From contig JBDQOY010000146.1 of NCBI GenBank assembly GCA_040260935.1, positions 1-54,962 of the forward strand: DNA of 54,962 bases, given 5' to 3'. Positions 46,716-54,962 of the stretch are shown here, piece after piece. The notes under the pieces are model-generated. The model made no database searches. It was given only the letters and a program-made list of their open reading frames with translations, and was not told the origin of the DNA. Position 1 is the stretch's first letter, and each line of letters starts with the position of its first letter. The DNA comes from Pirellulales bacterium (GTDB taxonomy: Bacteria > Planctomycetota > Planctomycetia > Pirellulales > UBA1268). The translations under genes were made by a program, and so were the position numbers.

Positions 46716-47357
46716 ATGGACAGGCAGATGAAGACAGGACTGTTTCTGTTGGTGGCCCTCGGCTGTGGCGTGCTGGTTGCCGCATTGGAAGCAAGTGCTG
46801 CTGATCCAGTTGATCTGCTGGCCGACGGTGTGCAACTCAATGACCAGTGGGTGATCACCGAGGGTGTACTCAGCCCTTCGGAAAATCCAGGGGGCATTAT
46901 CTGGTCGAAGGACGTCTTTGGTGACTTCGAAGTGTCGGTCGAATACAAGACCTCGGCGAAGTGCAACAGCGGCTTGTTCTTTCGCACCGACCCGAAGAAT
47001 CCGGTGCAGGGGGGCTTCGAGGTGCAGATTGCCTCGCCGGGTCTGTATTCGGGCAAGCACGTGGTCGGCTCGCTCTATGACGCAAAAGAGCCGGCTGTCG
47101 CTGCTGGCAAGCCTGATGGGGAGTGGAACAGCCTGACGCTCCGGTGTGAGGGGCCGCACATGCACGCGGTGCTCAATGGTCATGAAGTGCTCGATCTCTC
47201 GATTGACGACTGGGCAACCGCCCAGCAAAACCCTGACGGGACCAAGAACAAATTCAAGACAGCTCTGAAAGACCTGCCGCGACAGGGACACATCGGCTTT
47301 CAGTACCACGGCCATCCGGTCTGGATCCGCAACGTCCAGGTCACGCCGCTTGACTGA
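46716..47357 (+). CDS. Secreted DUF1080 (3-keto-disaccharide hydrolase-like, concanavalin fold) protein
   Basis: It has a signal peptide (GLFLLVALGCGVLVAALEASA), then FGDFEVSVEYK...NSGLFFRT, and the C-terminal block GHIGFQYHGHPVWIRNVQV. Confidence 0.8.
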   Translation: MDRQMKTGLFLLVALGCGVLVAALEASAADPVDLLADGVQLNDQWVITEGVLSPSENPGGIIWSKDVFGDFEVSVEYKTSAKCNSGLFFRTDPKNPVQGGFEVQIASPGLYSGKHVVGSLYDAKEPAVAAGKPDGEWNSLTLRCEGPHMHAVLNGHEVLDLSIDDWATAQQNPDGTKNKFKTALKDLPRQGHIGFQYHGHPVWIRNVQVTPLD

Positions 47358-47449
47358 GGGTCGGCTGTTTCGGTGGGCAAGGCGGGCCTCGGTTTCAAAT
47401 GCTCGCGGCTATTGAGCAAGCAGCTGGTTGCCAACGGTCCCGGTTTGAG

Positions 47450-47487
47450 GCCGGCAGCGTGGAGAACTCCAAGGAATGGCTGCCGGC
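47450..47487. other. Perfect 9-bp GC-rich inverted repeat with a 20-nt loop, downstream of the DUF1080 gene
   Basis: The arms are gccggcagc (47450-47458) and gctgccggc (47479-47487). There is no U-tract. Confidence 0.4.
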
Positions 47488-47694
47488 TGAAATACATTTG
47501 TCCGGTCCCGGCCGCCGAATGATTTCTGGTGATTGATTCCTGGTGTCCGCTCATGCGATGACGGCCGTTTTGAGCACGGTCAAAGGCACGGTGGAGTGGC
47601 TCTTCACTCGCTCTGGGTTCAGTCAGGTGTTTTGTTGTGGGAGGCCGAGAAGCTTTGCGTTGATTGTTGATCGCGTCCTGAAAGAGGAGTCAGC

Positions 47695-48219
47695 ATGCAG
47701 CGTTGGAAGATGTATCTAATTTCCTTAGTGGCTTTTCTGAGCCTGTTTTTTCCGAGCCGGTCACCACATGCCCAAGAAACGCCACCTCATACGACAGGGA
47801 AGCAATATGTCGTCCCTGTTTTAGTAAGCATTGATGACACCCTCAAACTGCACTATCTCCCACGGTCTATTCAGTTCCAGCTTCCTGGTATTCCGGAGGG
47901 CGATCTTCGGGCGTTCTCTCCAGCTGTCCTTTGGCCGCCTGGGGCAAGCGTTCTCCAAACGTCTCTCAATGAGCCGCTTGGGCTTGCGCCAATTTCGCGA
48001 CAATTTCTTTGGGTCATCACGGCGAGGGTGATTGAAGGCAGGGCAGAAGAAGAGGGCCCAGACGTAAGTGCCTTCGCTGAGGAAACAATGCCTTTTCCAG
48101 AGAGTGCAGCAGTGAGCGGGAAATTTCAGATCCTTCCTTATCTGTATGCCGAAACAGGAAACGAAGATGAGCAGGCGGCACGGGAAACAGCAGAATCCAT
48201 GCGAGACCTGTGTTTGTAA
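47695..48219 (+). CDS. Hypothetical secreted protein
   Basis: An AGGAG motif lies upstream of the ATG, and the protein has a signal peptide (MYLISLVAFLSLFFPSRSPHAQE). GC is lower than in the flanks. I could recognise no family. Confidence 0.55.
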   Translation: MQRWKMYLISLVAFLSLFFPSRSPHAQETPPHTTGKQYVVPVLVSIDDTLKLHYLPRSIQFQLPGIPEGDLRAFSPAVLWPPGASVLQTSLNEPLGLAPISRQFLWVITARVIEGRAEEEGPDVSAFAEETMPFPESAAVSGKFQILPYLYAETGNEDEQAARETAESMRDLCL

Positions 48220-48627
48220 GCAGGAATAAAATTACCAACGCAACCCCCTAAGCTCTTCGTGTTTATGCTTGAGGATGATGCTTGCAAGATCGAGCATTCG
48301 ATGACGGGCTCACCTCCTGACGGTGTTTCTCCAGAGGAAATGGGGCTCTTGATAGCAAAGAGCATCGACTGGCGGCAGTCGACAGAACGGAAAGTGCAGC
48401 CGAGGTAATGCTCGAATTTGCGGCCCGATCTTGCCAGCATGTTTCCTGCTATCAGCATGCTTCCTATGATCTGGGACTCTTTCCTCGCCGAGCGACTGTT
48501 GCTGCGGTGAGGGCGTGCTTTGGGTGAAGCAATGGCTGTGAAGTGAAGCAGTGGCGGTACCGACTGGAACCGTGTGGGAGGCCAGCAACTGTTCGTCCCG
48601 TTCGTCCACAAAAAAGGGTGCCTCATC

Positions 48628-49368
48628 GTGATCATTGAACGTCTCTACGAACGAGGTGGTGTGCTCGCCGTTGCCAAGCCGGCTGGGCTGCCAACGCAGG
48701 CTCCTGCCGGCATCGAATCGGTTGAGACGCTTCTCCGCCAGCAGTTGTTCGGCGAAGCCTTTCAGGCTGCTGTGGCCGCGGGGCAGCACCGCCACCCGGG
48801 CGGGTTCCTGGGGGTGCCGCATCGGCTTGATCGGCCGGTCTCCGGTGTGCTGCTCCTGGCGGGAACGCCCCGGGCGGCCCGGCAGCTGTCTCGGCAGTTC
48901 GAGCGACGGCAGATCGAGAAGGTCTACCTGGCGCTCGTCACGGCAGACTCAGCGGCTGGCCTTGCGCAGGGTGATACCTTCACCTGGCAGGACAGCCTTC
49001 GGAAGGTTCCCGATGAACCGCGAGCAGAAGTTGCCCCTGACGAACCGGCGGCCCAGGTGGCGATCACCACCGGTCGGGTGCTTGCGGGCATGGCCGACCG
49101 GCTGCTGCTGGAGTTGCGTCCGCAGACTGGTCGGATGCATCAACTCCGCGTGCAGGCGGCCGCCCGCGGGCTGCCGATTGTTGGCGACAGGCTCTATGGA
49201 TGCGAGGACCGGCAGCCTGTTGAGCGAACCAGCCCGATCGGCCTGCACGCCTCGGCAATCACGTTTTGCGATCCAGACAAGGCGGTTCCGGTAACGGTGA
49301 ACTGTCCGCTCCCACCGACAGCCGACTGGCTACCGTGGCAGGAAATTGTGGCGATGCCCCCAGGATGA
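48628..49368 (+). CDS. RluA-family pseudouridine synthase (catalytic domain only)
   Basis: It has [12 protein letters not shown] and the catalytic motif [14 protein letters not shown], then [21 protein letters not shown]. The GTG start at 48628 is uncertain; the tracked ORF begins at 48574. Confidence 0.75.
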   Translation: MIIERLYERGGVLAVAKPAGLPTQAPAGIESVETLLRQQLFGEAFQAAVAAGQHRHPGGFLGVPHRLDRPVSGVLLLAGTPRAARQLSRQFERRQIEKVYLALVTADSAAGLAQGDTFTWQDSLRKVPDEPRAEVAPDEPAAQVAITTGRVLAGMADRLLLELRPQTGRMHQLRVQAAARGLPIVGDRLYGCEDRQPVERTSPIGLHASAITFCDPDKAVPVTVNCPLPPTADWLPWQEIVAMPPG

Positions 49369-49511
49369 GCCCTTGGCGTCAAAGGTGGCTACTGCTGTTG
49401 CTCGACAACGAGTTCTTCGTAGACAATAGTTTGAAAAGAGGGGCTACAGTAGTGGCACAAATCCGTAGTGTGGTTCAGGCTTCGCCCGTGTCTTTGGGAG
49501 GAATTCATCCG

Positions 49512-50573
49512 ATGGCCAGCCATAAAAAAACAGATCAATATACGGGGTTCACCCTGATCGAGTTATTGGTCGTGATTGCCATCATTGGGGTTCTCGTGGC
49601 GCTGCTGCTGCCAGCAGTGCAACAGACTCGTGAATCTGCTCGCCGCATGTCGTGCTCCAATAATTTGAAGCAGATCGGAGTTGCGATGCACACCTACAAC
49701 AGCGCCTTCGAACATCTTCCACCAGGTGTGCTCTGCGGTGGGTCAAGTCCTGCAGGGAGCACATCAGTTCCTGATATGGGGAGACATGGTGGCTGGGCGT
49801 GGGGAGCCTTCATTCTCCCGTTTTGTGAAGAGCAGGCCCTCGCAGACGATCTGCGGATCGGCGAGTCGCACGTCTGGAATGACAATCAGCAGACAGGCCG
49901 GACGCGGGTGCCCGGATACTTCTGTCCGTCTGACGTTGCGCCGGAGATCAACGAGCAGCGTTCGCGATGGGTGGGGGCTGGTACGTCAGCCGGGACCTCA
50001 AACTATGTCGGGAATGCTGGCACGAAGCCGATCAAGAACTCATTTCATCCGAATCCGCCGAACTCGCATTGTGCCCATGATGACTCATCAGAGAACAAAG
50101 CAGCAGCTGCGAGTTACTACACCGGAGTCTTGTTTCCAAGAGCACCACTTGAGTTCACGAAGATCACCGACGGCACCGCCAATACGCTGCTCGTTGGTGA
50201 ACGTGACTATGAAAGCACTCAGCACGGGAGCCACGAAGCCAGTATCTGGATTGGGTCGCACGGGGCGGGCTGGCACACAGAGCCGTTTCAATACAACTTC
50301 GTCACTATTTTTGATGAAGCCAACAGCAATCTACAGATCAATGACTACAGCCCTTCCCAGCCGACCAACACTCCAGATTGCTGGCCGGTGACCAATTGTG
50401 GCAATCCTTACGACGTAACAGATGCTGATTCCTGGAGCAGTCAGCATGCTGGAGGGGCGCAGTTTGTGCTTTGTGATGGGGCAGTACGTTTTGTGGCGGA
50501 AACGATCAGTGATGCGACCTTCGCTGATTTGTGCAATCGAAGTGACGGTGATTCGTTGGGCGATGATTTCTAA
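49512..50573 (+). CDS. DUF1559 protein with a prepilin-type N-terminal cleavage/methylation segment and a C-terminal H-X9-DG motif
   Basis: The N-terminus reads [45 protein letters not shown]. The C-terminal [18 protein letters not shown] matches H-X9-DG. The ATG at 49512 was chosen as start. Confidence 0.85.
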   Translation: MASHKKTDQYTGFTLIELLVVIAIIGVLVALLLPAVQQTRESARRMSCSNNLKQIGVAMHTYNSAFEHLPPGVLCGGSSPAGSTSVPDMGRHGGWAWGAFILPFCEEQALADDLRIGESHVWNDNQQTGRTRVPGYFCPSDVAPEINEQRSRWVGAGTSAGTSNYVGNAGTKPIKNSFHPNPPNSHCAHDDSSENKAAAASYYTGVLFPRAPLEFTKITDGTANTLLVGERDYESTQHGSHEASIWIGSHGAGWHTEPFQYNFVTIFDEANSNLQINDYSPSQPTNTPDCWPVTNCGNPYDVTDADSWSSQHAGGAQFVLCDGAVRFVAETISDATFADLCNRSDGDSLGDDF

Positions 50574-50666
50574 TCGGGGTGCTGTTCTGCATGAGGGGTT
50601 GATGGCTTGAAGACAGGTCGACTCCAGCTCCATTCATGTGGCCCACAGATTGCAGAGGAGTTTGCC

Positions 50667-51206
50667 ATGCGTTTGACACGAGGGTTGCTATTGGGAGCCT
50701 CGGTTGCCGTTTTGGTAGTTGTCGGCTGCATGGGAAGTGGCGTTCAGTATCCAAAGGTGGTGGACGTCACCGGCAGTGTGCTGCTCGATGGAGAGCCCTT
50801 GGCAGGGGCGACCATTACATTCGTACCGAGCAACGGTCGAGCTTCAAGCGGGCAGACTGATGCGAATGGTCGGTATATGCTCGCGTACACCAAAACCATT
50901 GCCGGAGCAATTTTTGGCTGGCATCGTGTCATGATCCGGAAAGAAGTGATTGACCAAGCGTTTCTGCCCTCTCAGGAAGAGATGTTTGCCGACACGGCTC
51001 AGGATGAATTCCTAGAGGCCACGGGAGTTCCGCTGCACGTAGGCGAGGCTGCTGCGGGCAGGTCGAGCGAACAGCATCTTCCGATGCCCCTGAAGCCACC
51101 GCTGCTTAGTGTGGTGGCTGAGCGATATAACGGCCCTAATAGTGTGCTCTTTGCAGTCGTTGACGCGGAGCGGTATGTGTTTGATTTTGCGGTGACGTCA
51201 GAATGA
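50667..51206 (+). CDS. Lipoprotein with a carboxypeptidase-regulatory-like (transthyretin-like) domain
   Basis: It has the lipobox LVVVGC, followed by VTGSVLLDGEPLAGATITFVPSNGRASSGQTDANGRY. Confidence 0.7.
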   Translation: MRLTRGLLLGASVAVLVVVGCMGSGVQYPKVVDVTGSVLLDGEPLAGATITFVPSNGRASSGQTDANGRYMLAYTKTIAGAIFGWHRVMIRKEVIDQAFLPSQEEMFADTAQDEFLEATGVPLHVGEAAAGRSSEQHLPMPLKPPLLSVVAERYNGPNSVLFAVVDAERYVFDFAVTSE

Positions 51207-51847
51207 GATTGAATCGAAGTCAACACGCGTCGATGAGTGCCTCCTGCCGTGGGCAGTTGCCGGTGAGTCTCTGGGATGCTGGCTCATCCGGCGGGGCTTG
51301 GCTGGGGATTTTCACCGGAGTGATGCTGGCCACTGGCTTGGCGTGTAACTATGACCCTTTTGGTGACACGAGCAAACTGAGGGTGTTGACTGTTGCTCAA
51401 GCGGAGACGCTGATCGAGTGCAGAACGAACCTGCTTCTCGATGGCCTCACCTCGGTCTCTCCCGAGGTGGCTCAGGTTCTGGGGGGGCACAAAAAGGGGA
51501 TGTTGTTTCTTCGTGGCTTGAAAACACTCTCTCCAGAGGTGGCAGCGGCCCTTGCGAATCACACGCAAGGCGCGGTGTTTCTCGATGGGCTGACAACCCT
51601 CCTACCGGAGACGGCGACACCGCTGGCGCTGCACAAGGGGGATCTTATTCTCAGTGGTGTCACTGAACTTTCGCCCGAGGCCGCCCGGGCGATCGTCTCC
51701 CATCTGGGCAGGCTTTATTTGCGGAGTTTGCAGTGGGAACTAGTCTCAGATGAGACCATTGAAGTGCTCAAGAAAAATGAGCAAATCGAATTGCCCGTTT
51801 GGGCCTACGAGCAACCACAGCCGCGGAAAAAACGCAGGCGGCGGTAG
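51203..51847 (+). CDS. Membrane-anchored protein with five tandem 23-24-residue leucine-rich-like repeats and a polybasic C-terminus
   Basis: Its start overlaps the upstream stop (ATGA), and it has a hydrophobic anchor (AWLGIFTGVMLATGLAC). The repeats are LLLDGLTSVSPEVAQVLGGHKKGM, LFLRGLKTLSPEVAAALANHTQGA, VFLDGLTTLLPETATPLALHKGD, LILSGVTELSPEAARAIVSHLGR and a degenerate fifth. The protein ends in PRKKRRRR. Confidence 0.6.
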   Translation: MRLNRSQHASMSASCRGQLPVSLWDAGSSGGAWLGIFTGVMLATGLACNYDPFGDTSKLRVLTVAQAETLIECRTNLLLDGLTSVSPEVAQVLGGHKKGMLFLRGLKTLSPEVAAALANHTQGAVFLDGLTTLLPETATPLALHKGDLILSGVTELSPEAARAIVSHLGRLYLRSLQWELVSDETIEVLKKNEQIELPVWAYEQPQPRKKRRRR

Positions 51848-51947
51848 AAGTCCTGGCCGTATCAGCTGGCGGCGATTCGTGCCGCGACCGAGCAGGAAGC
51901 GAGGCTATCGTCTAGCCGCAACCCTCGGGTGTTCCGGCCAGACGCAA

Positions 51948-51978
51948 GCCAGCAGGGGCCAGGGATGGCCCTGCTGGC
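51948..51978. terminator. Hairpin between convergent genes
   Basis: The sequence is gccagcaggggcca-ggga-tggccctgctggc, a 13-bp stem with one bulged g. It lies directly after the stop of the minus-strand gene at 51985. There is no clear U-tract. Confidence 0.4.
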
Positions 51979-51984
51979 GTAAAA

Positions 51985-52323
51985 TTAAAATACGTCGAGG
52001 TGGAAATGATGGCCTTGGTAGTACCGTCGCGACTTCGGATAGTAGTTCTGCCAGTTGCGGTTGTAGACCGGCACACGCATCTCTTGCGGATAGCGATGGT
52101 ATAGATCATTCGCGCTCTTCATGTACCCGTCGGCGTAGAAGTTCTGCGGGTACCACACATACGGGTAGTGATAGAGCCGGTTCCAATCGTGGGCGTTGTA
52201 GGTGTTGGCCCACTGCTGGCCGAAGGCCTGCTGTCCACCCGCGGGTGGCTGCGCTCGGGCAGGTGCCGCAAAACAGAGCAAGGCGGCGGTGATGGCCGCA
52301 CAGGCATACAAGTGCCGTGTCAT
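51985..52323 (-). CDS. Small secreted aromatic-rich (Y/W/H/N) hypothetical protein
   Basis: From the internal ATG at 52323 the protein begins MTRHLYACAAITAALLCFAAPARAQ (signal peptide). The mature part of about 87 aa is rich in Tyr/Trp/His/Asn (WANTYNAHDWNRLYHYPYVWYPQNFYADGY...NWQNYYPKSRRYYQGHHFHLDVF). Confidence 0.5.
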   Translation of the reverse strand: MTRHLYACAAITAALLCFAAPARAQPPAGGQQAFGQQWANTYNAHDWNRLYHYPYVWYPQNFYADGYMKSANDLYHRYPQEMRVPVYNRNWQNYYPKSRRYYQGHHFHLDVF

Positions 52324-52454
52324 CGAGAGTCCCCCTGGAAGGTTTTGCCCGGAAAAACCCCCAATCCGGTTTTTCCCGACATCAGGAAGAGGTATCGGCA
52401 GCCGGCAGGACCGATCTTCACGGAAAAACCGGCAGGCTTCGCCAGCCCGTGGAA

Positions 52455-53255
52455 TCAGGTGGGTTGCGGTCGATCGGACGGATGCCGTCCGTCGGCCAGT
52501 TCCTTGTCCCATTCGTCCATCAGCGGCCAGTGCGGGGCACAGGTGCCGAAGTCAGCCAGGGTGAGATAGCCCTCCAGCCGCTCAATCGTTGTGGCCAGCA
52601 ATTGGTCATCCTTGCGAAAGACTGGGCCGTGGCTGGGCAGCAGCCATTCGACATCGCTTGCAGCAATCCGCTGTAGTGACTGAATAAATGCCGGGATGTC
52701 ACTGCCATGGTGGGCATCAATCGCGCCGACTGACCCATCGCGGTAAATGTTGTCACCGGATAGCAGCAGGTTATCCAGCCGGAAGGCAAGCTGGCTGTCG
52801 GTGTGACCAGGGGTGTGCCAGACTTCGAGGCTGCGGCCGCCGACGGCGATGGTATCGCCATCGACGATTGATTTTTCAACGGTCACGACCGGCATGTCGA
52901 GGTGCAGATTCTGGGCGGCAATTTCGGCAAAGGTCTTGATGCGGTCACCCTGCTCAAGCGCATCGACAGCCTTCGGGTGAGCCAATACCGGCGCCTTGAG
53001 AATGGCCTTCGCCTTGGCGAGCCCCTGAATGTGATCGACGTCGGCATGGGTGGCGATCAGTCCCCGGCAATGCGACAGAGGAAAGTCGAGCTGCCGGATG
53101 AGTTCGATAGTCTCCTCGACATTGTCTTCATAGCCGATGTCGATGAGCACCCAATCGTTGCCGTCATAAACCAGATAGACGCTGCAGCCAATCCGCCAGC
53201 CAGCCTGGTGGTTCATTTCGATTACCCCGGGAAAGAGCGGGCGGCGTTCAAGCAT
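52455..53255 (-). CDS. MBL-fold metallo-hydrolase
   Basis: It has the metallo-beta-lactamase motif [12 protein letters not shown], downstream WHTPGHTD, and a late His in LLPSHGP. Confidence 0.8.
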   Translation of the reverse strand: MLERRPLFPGVIEMNHQAGWRIGCSVYLVYDGNDWVLIDIGYEDNVEETIELIRQLDFPLSHCRGLIATHADVDHIQGLAKAKAILKAPVLAHPKAVDALEQGDRIKTFAEIAAQNLHLDMPVVTVEKSIVDGDTIAVGGRSLEVWHTPGHTDSQLAFRLDNLLLSGDNIYRDGSVGAIDAHHGSDIPAFIQSLQRIAASDVEWLLPSHGPVFRKDDQLLATTIERLEGYLTLADFGTCAPHWPLMDEWDKELADGRHPSDRPQPT

Positions 53256-53442
53256 CGTCAGTTTTGTGCGGGGGTGGTGGAAATTGGACGAGGAAGGAGC
53301 GGTGCCGGAAGGCGTACCAAGCCTCCTGCGGCTGGAGGACTGTATTTCGCATAGATTGTAGAGGTCCCGGTCGCATAGGACAATCGACCACGGGCCTTTG
53401 TCGCGGAGACAGGCCCATCACCTCGCTGGCCCCTCGCGCACC

Positions 53443-54962
53443 ATGTCATCCGCAGCAGATCCTTCAAATCAAGCATCAGCCGGCTTTGCGCAATGGGCTG
53501 ACGATCTGGTTTCCGCCGGTCAACTCGTCACGCAGCTGTCACCGCTGGCGGACTCGCTGGGGGTCGCCAGCGGAGAGAAGACAGCCTGGCATGGTCCGCT
53601 GTTTGGCAAACTCCTGCCTCAGGTTGACCGGGAGTTGTTGCTGGTCGTGGCCATCTGCGGAGGAACCAACACGGGTAAGAGTCTGCTGACCAACGCGTTG
53701 CTCGGTGCTGAAGTCAGCCGATCGGTTCCCGAGGCTGCGCGGACACGGCATCCGGTTGCCTGCCTGCCGGCTGGTCTGGCAGAGCGACTGGAGTTGACCG
53801 AACTCTTTCCGGGGTTTGTGCCGGTGCGTTGGCAGGCCAACGACGATGCCCTCGCCGACGACCCGAGCAATCTGTTGATCTGGCGGGAACGGCCGGCAGC
53901 CTCGGTAGCCACTGCATTCGATCGCATCATTCTGCTGGACACGCCCGACATCGACGGCACCCTGACCGAGAACTGGCAGCGGGCAGAGTTGATTCGAGAG
54001 ATCAGCGATGTGATCGTCGCGGTTCTGACTGAGCAGAAATACAATGATGCGGTTGTCCGCGAGTTCTTTCGAGCCGCTGCAGCGACCGGGAAGCCGTTAA
54101 TTGTGGTTGTGAACATGGTTGACTGGCCACGGCAGCAGGCAGTGGTGCCGGGCTGGCTGGCGACCTTTGCCCAGGAGACCGGGGTTGCGGCTGAGGCGGT
54201 CTTTGTGGTGCCGCATGATGCACCGGCTGCAGCCGCGGGGCAGATGCAGTTTGTGTCGCTTTCGGGTGGTCCTGCCAGCGGCGGTCCGCTTGACTACCTT
54301 GCCGCCGCCGACATGGATGCCCTGAAAGTGCAGGCCTTGCGTGGGGCGGCGGAGGCAGTGCTCAACCAGAGCACCGGCCTGCCGGCGTGGCTTGAGTCGA
54401 TTGAGACAGCCGGCCGGTCGTGGCAGGAGGCGCAGCAGGTGTTGGCGGCGGAGGTGCGGGTAAACCTCGAACTGCCACCACCGCCGCGGGAGTGCGTCTG
54501 GGAAGAAATCTGGGCATGGCTGAAGCCCCGCCGGTCAGGGTTTGATCTCACGGTGAGCCGAGCCTATGCCACGGCTGGACGCGGCGTTCGCTGGGCGGCT
54601 GGCCGGGTCGGGGTGTTGCCGACACCGCAGGCCCGCCAGGAAGACTTTGCCACAGGCGAGCGGGATGCGCTGAAGCGGGCGTTGGGTGACTTTATCGACC
54701 GGCTGGACCGGGCCTGCCGTGAGAATCGCCACATTGAAGACCTCTTTGGCGAGCGACTGCGTCGCGGTGACCGGGCGGCCTGGTTTGCCGATCTGGAGCG
54801 GCGGCAGCGTGACCTGCCGCTGGTGACCGAAGACTACCGGCAGCAGGTTCGCCGTGAGTTGGATCAGTTCGACGCAAGCCACCCCGAAACCGTCCGTTGG
54901 ATTCTTGCCGGCTTGAATGTCGGGGCGGCGATGCGGCCAGCGGTGACGGTGGCCCTCTGGTC
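53443..54962 (+). CDS. P-loop GTPase-domain protein (dynamin-like / MMR_HSR1-like), 3'-truncated by the window edge
   Basis: I translated this frame by hand. It is open from the ATG at 53443 to the end of the window, which is why it is not in the ORF track. G1 is GGTNTGKS (53659-53682), the G3-like motif is LLDTPDIDG, and the G4-like motif is VVVNMVD. A long helical region follows. Confidence 0.65.
   Translation, partial: MSSAADPSNQASAGFAQWADDLVSAGQLVTQLSPLADSLGVASGEKTAWHGPLFGKLLPQVDRELLLVVAICGGTNTGKSLLTNALLGAEVSRSVPEAARTRHPVACLPAGLAERLELTELFPGFVPVRWQANDDALADDPSNLLIWRERPAASVATAFDRIILLDTPDIDGTLTENWQRAELIREISDVIVAVLTEQKYNDAVVREFFRAAAATGKPLIVVVNMVDWPRQQAVVPGWLATFAQETGVAAEAVFVVPHDAPAAAAGQMQFVSLSGGPASGGPLDYLAAADMDALKVQALRGAAEAVLNQSTGLPAWLESIETAGRSWQEAQQVLAAEVRVNLELPPPPRECVWEEIWAWLKPRRSGFDLTVSRAYATAGRGVRWAAGRVGVLPTPQARQEDFATGERDALKRALGDFIDRLDRACRENRHIEDLFGERLRRGDRAAWFADLERRQRDLPLVTEDYRQQVRRELDQFDASHPETVRWILAGLNVGAAMRPAVTVALW

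Noticed and set aside
48138-48822. Minus-strand ORFs 48138..48635 (165 aa) and 48310..48822 (170 aa)
   Set aside because: Both overlap flanking supported genes (the secreted hypothetical and RluA). Their Ser/Arg/Cys-rich composition is not protein-like.

Overview
This is a high-GC chromosomal segment that looks planctomycetal. The evidence is a DUF1559 protein with a prepilin-like N-terminus and an H-X9-DG motif, a DUF1080 protein, and a giant PVC-type CxxCH heme protein. Coding density is high and most content is housekeeping. Recognisable genes are cyanophycin synthetase, an MlaFED-like ABC/MCE transporter, clpC, thiE, a TlpA-like redoxin, a CYTH protein, panD, a lactonase, lpxB, a class III aminotransferase, NADP-isocitrate dehydrogenase, and a complete 14-gene nuoA-N operon on the minus strand. 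The nuo operon is followed, with translational coupling, by an Mrp/NBP35-type ATPase and then a pterin-4a-carbinolamine dehydratase. By eye, two stretches have lower GC and look accessory. The first (about 17.3-19.8 kb) holds an FkbM methyltransferase, a membrane-anchored hypothetical and an HTTM protein. The second (about 47.4-52.4 kb) holds secreted hypotheticals, RluA, and a DUF1559 / lipoprotein / repeat-protein trio. I recognised no rRNA, tRNA, CRISPR array, transposase or integrase. I did not find a clear-cut, self-evident novel multi-gene system. The observations most worth a second look are: (1) nuoM is split into two frames and apparently lacks the TM5 segment; (2) the low-GC HTTM three-gene cassette; (3) the Mrp-like ATPase fused to the end of the nuo operon has a degenerate CxxC motif; (4) the DUF1559 / lipoprotein / 24-residue-repeat operon; (5) a truncated dynamin-like GTPase at the right edge. 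Many long ORFs in the six-frame track are antisense shadow ORFs typical of high-GC DNA and were not called.
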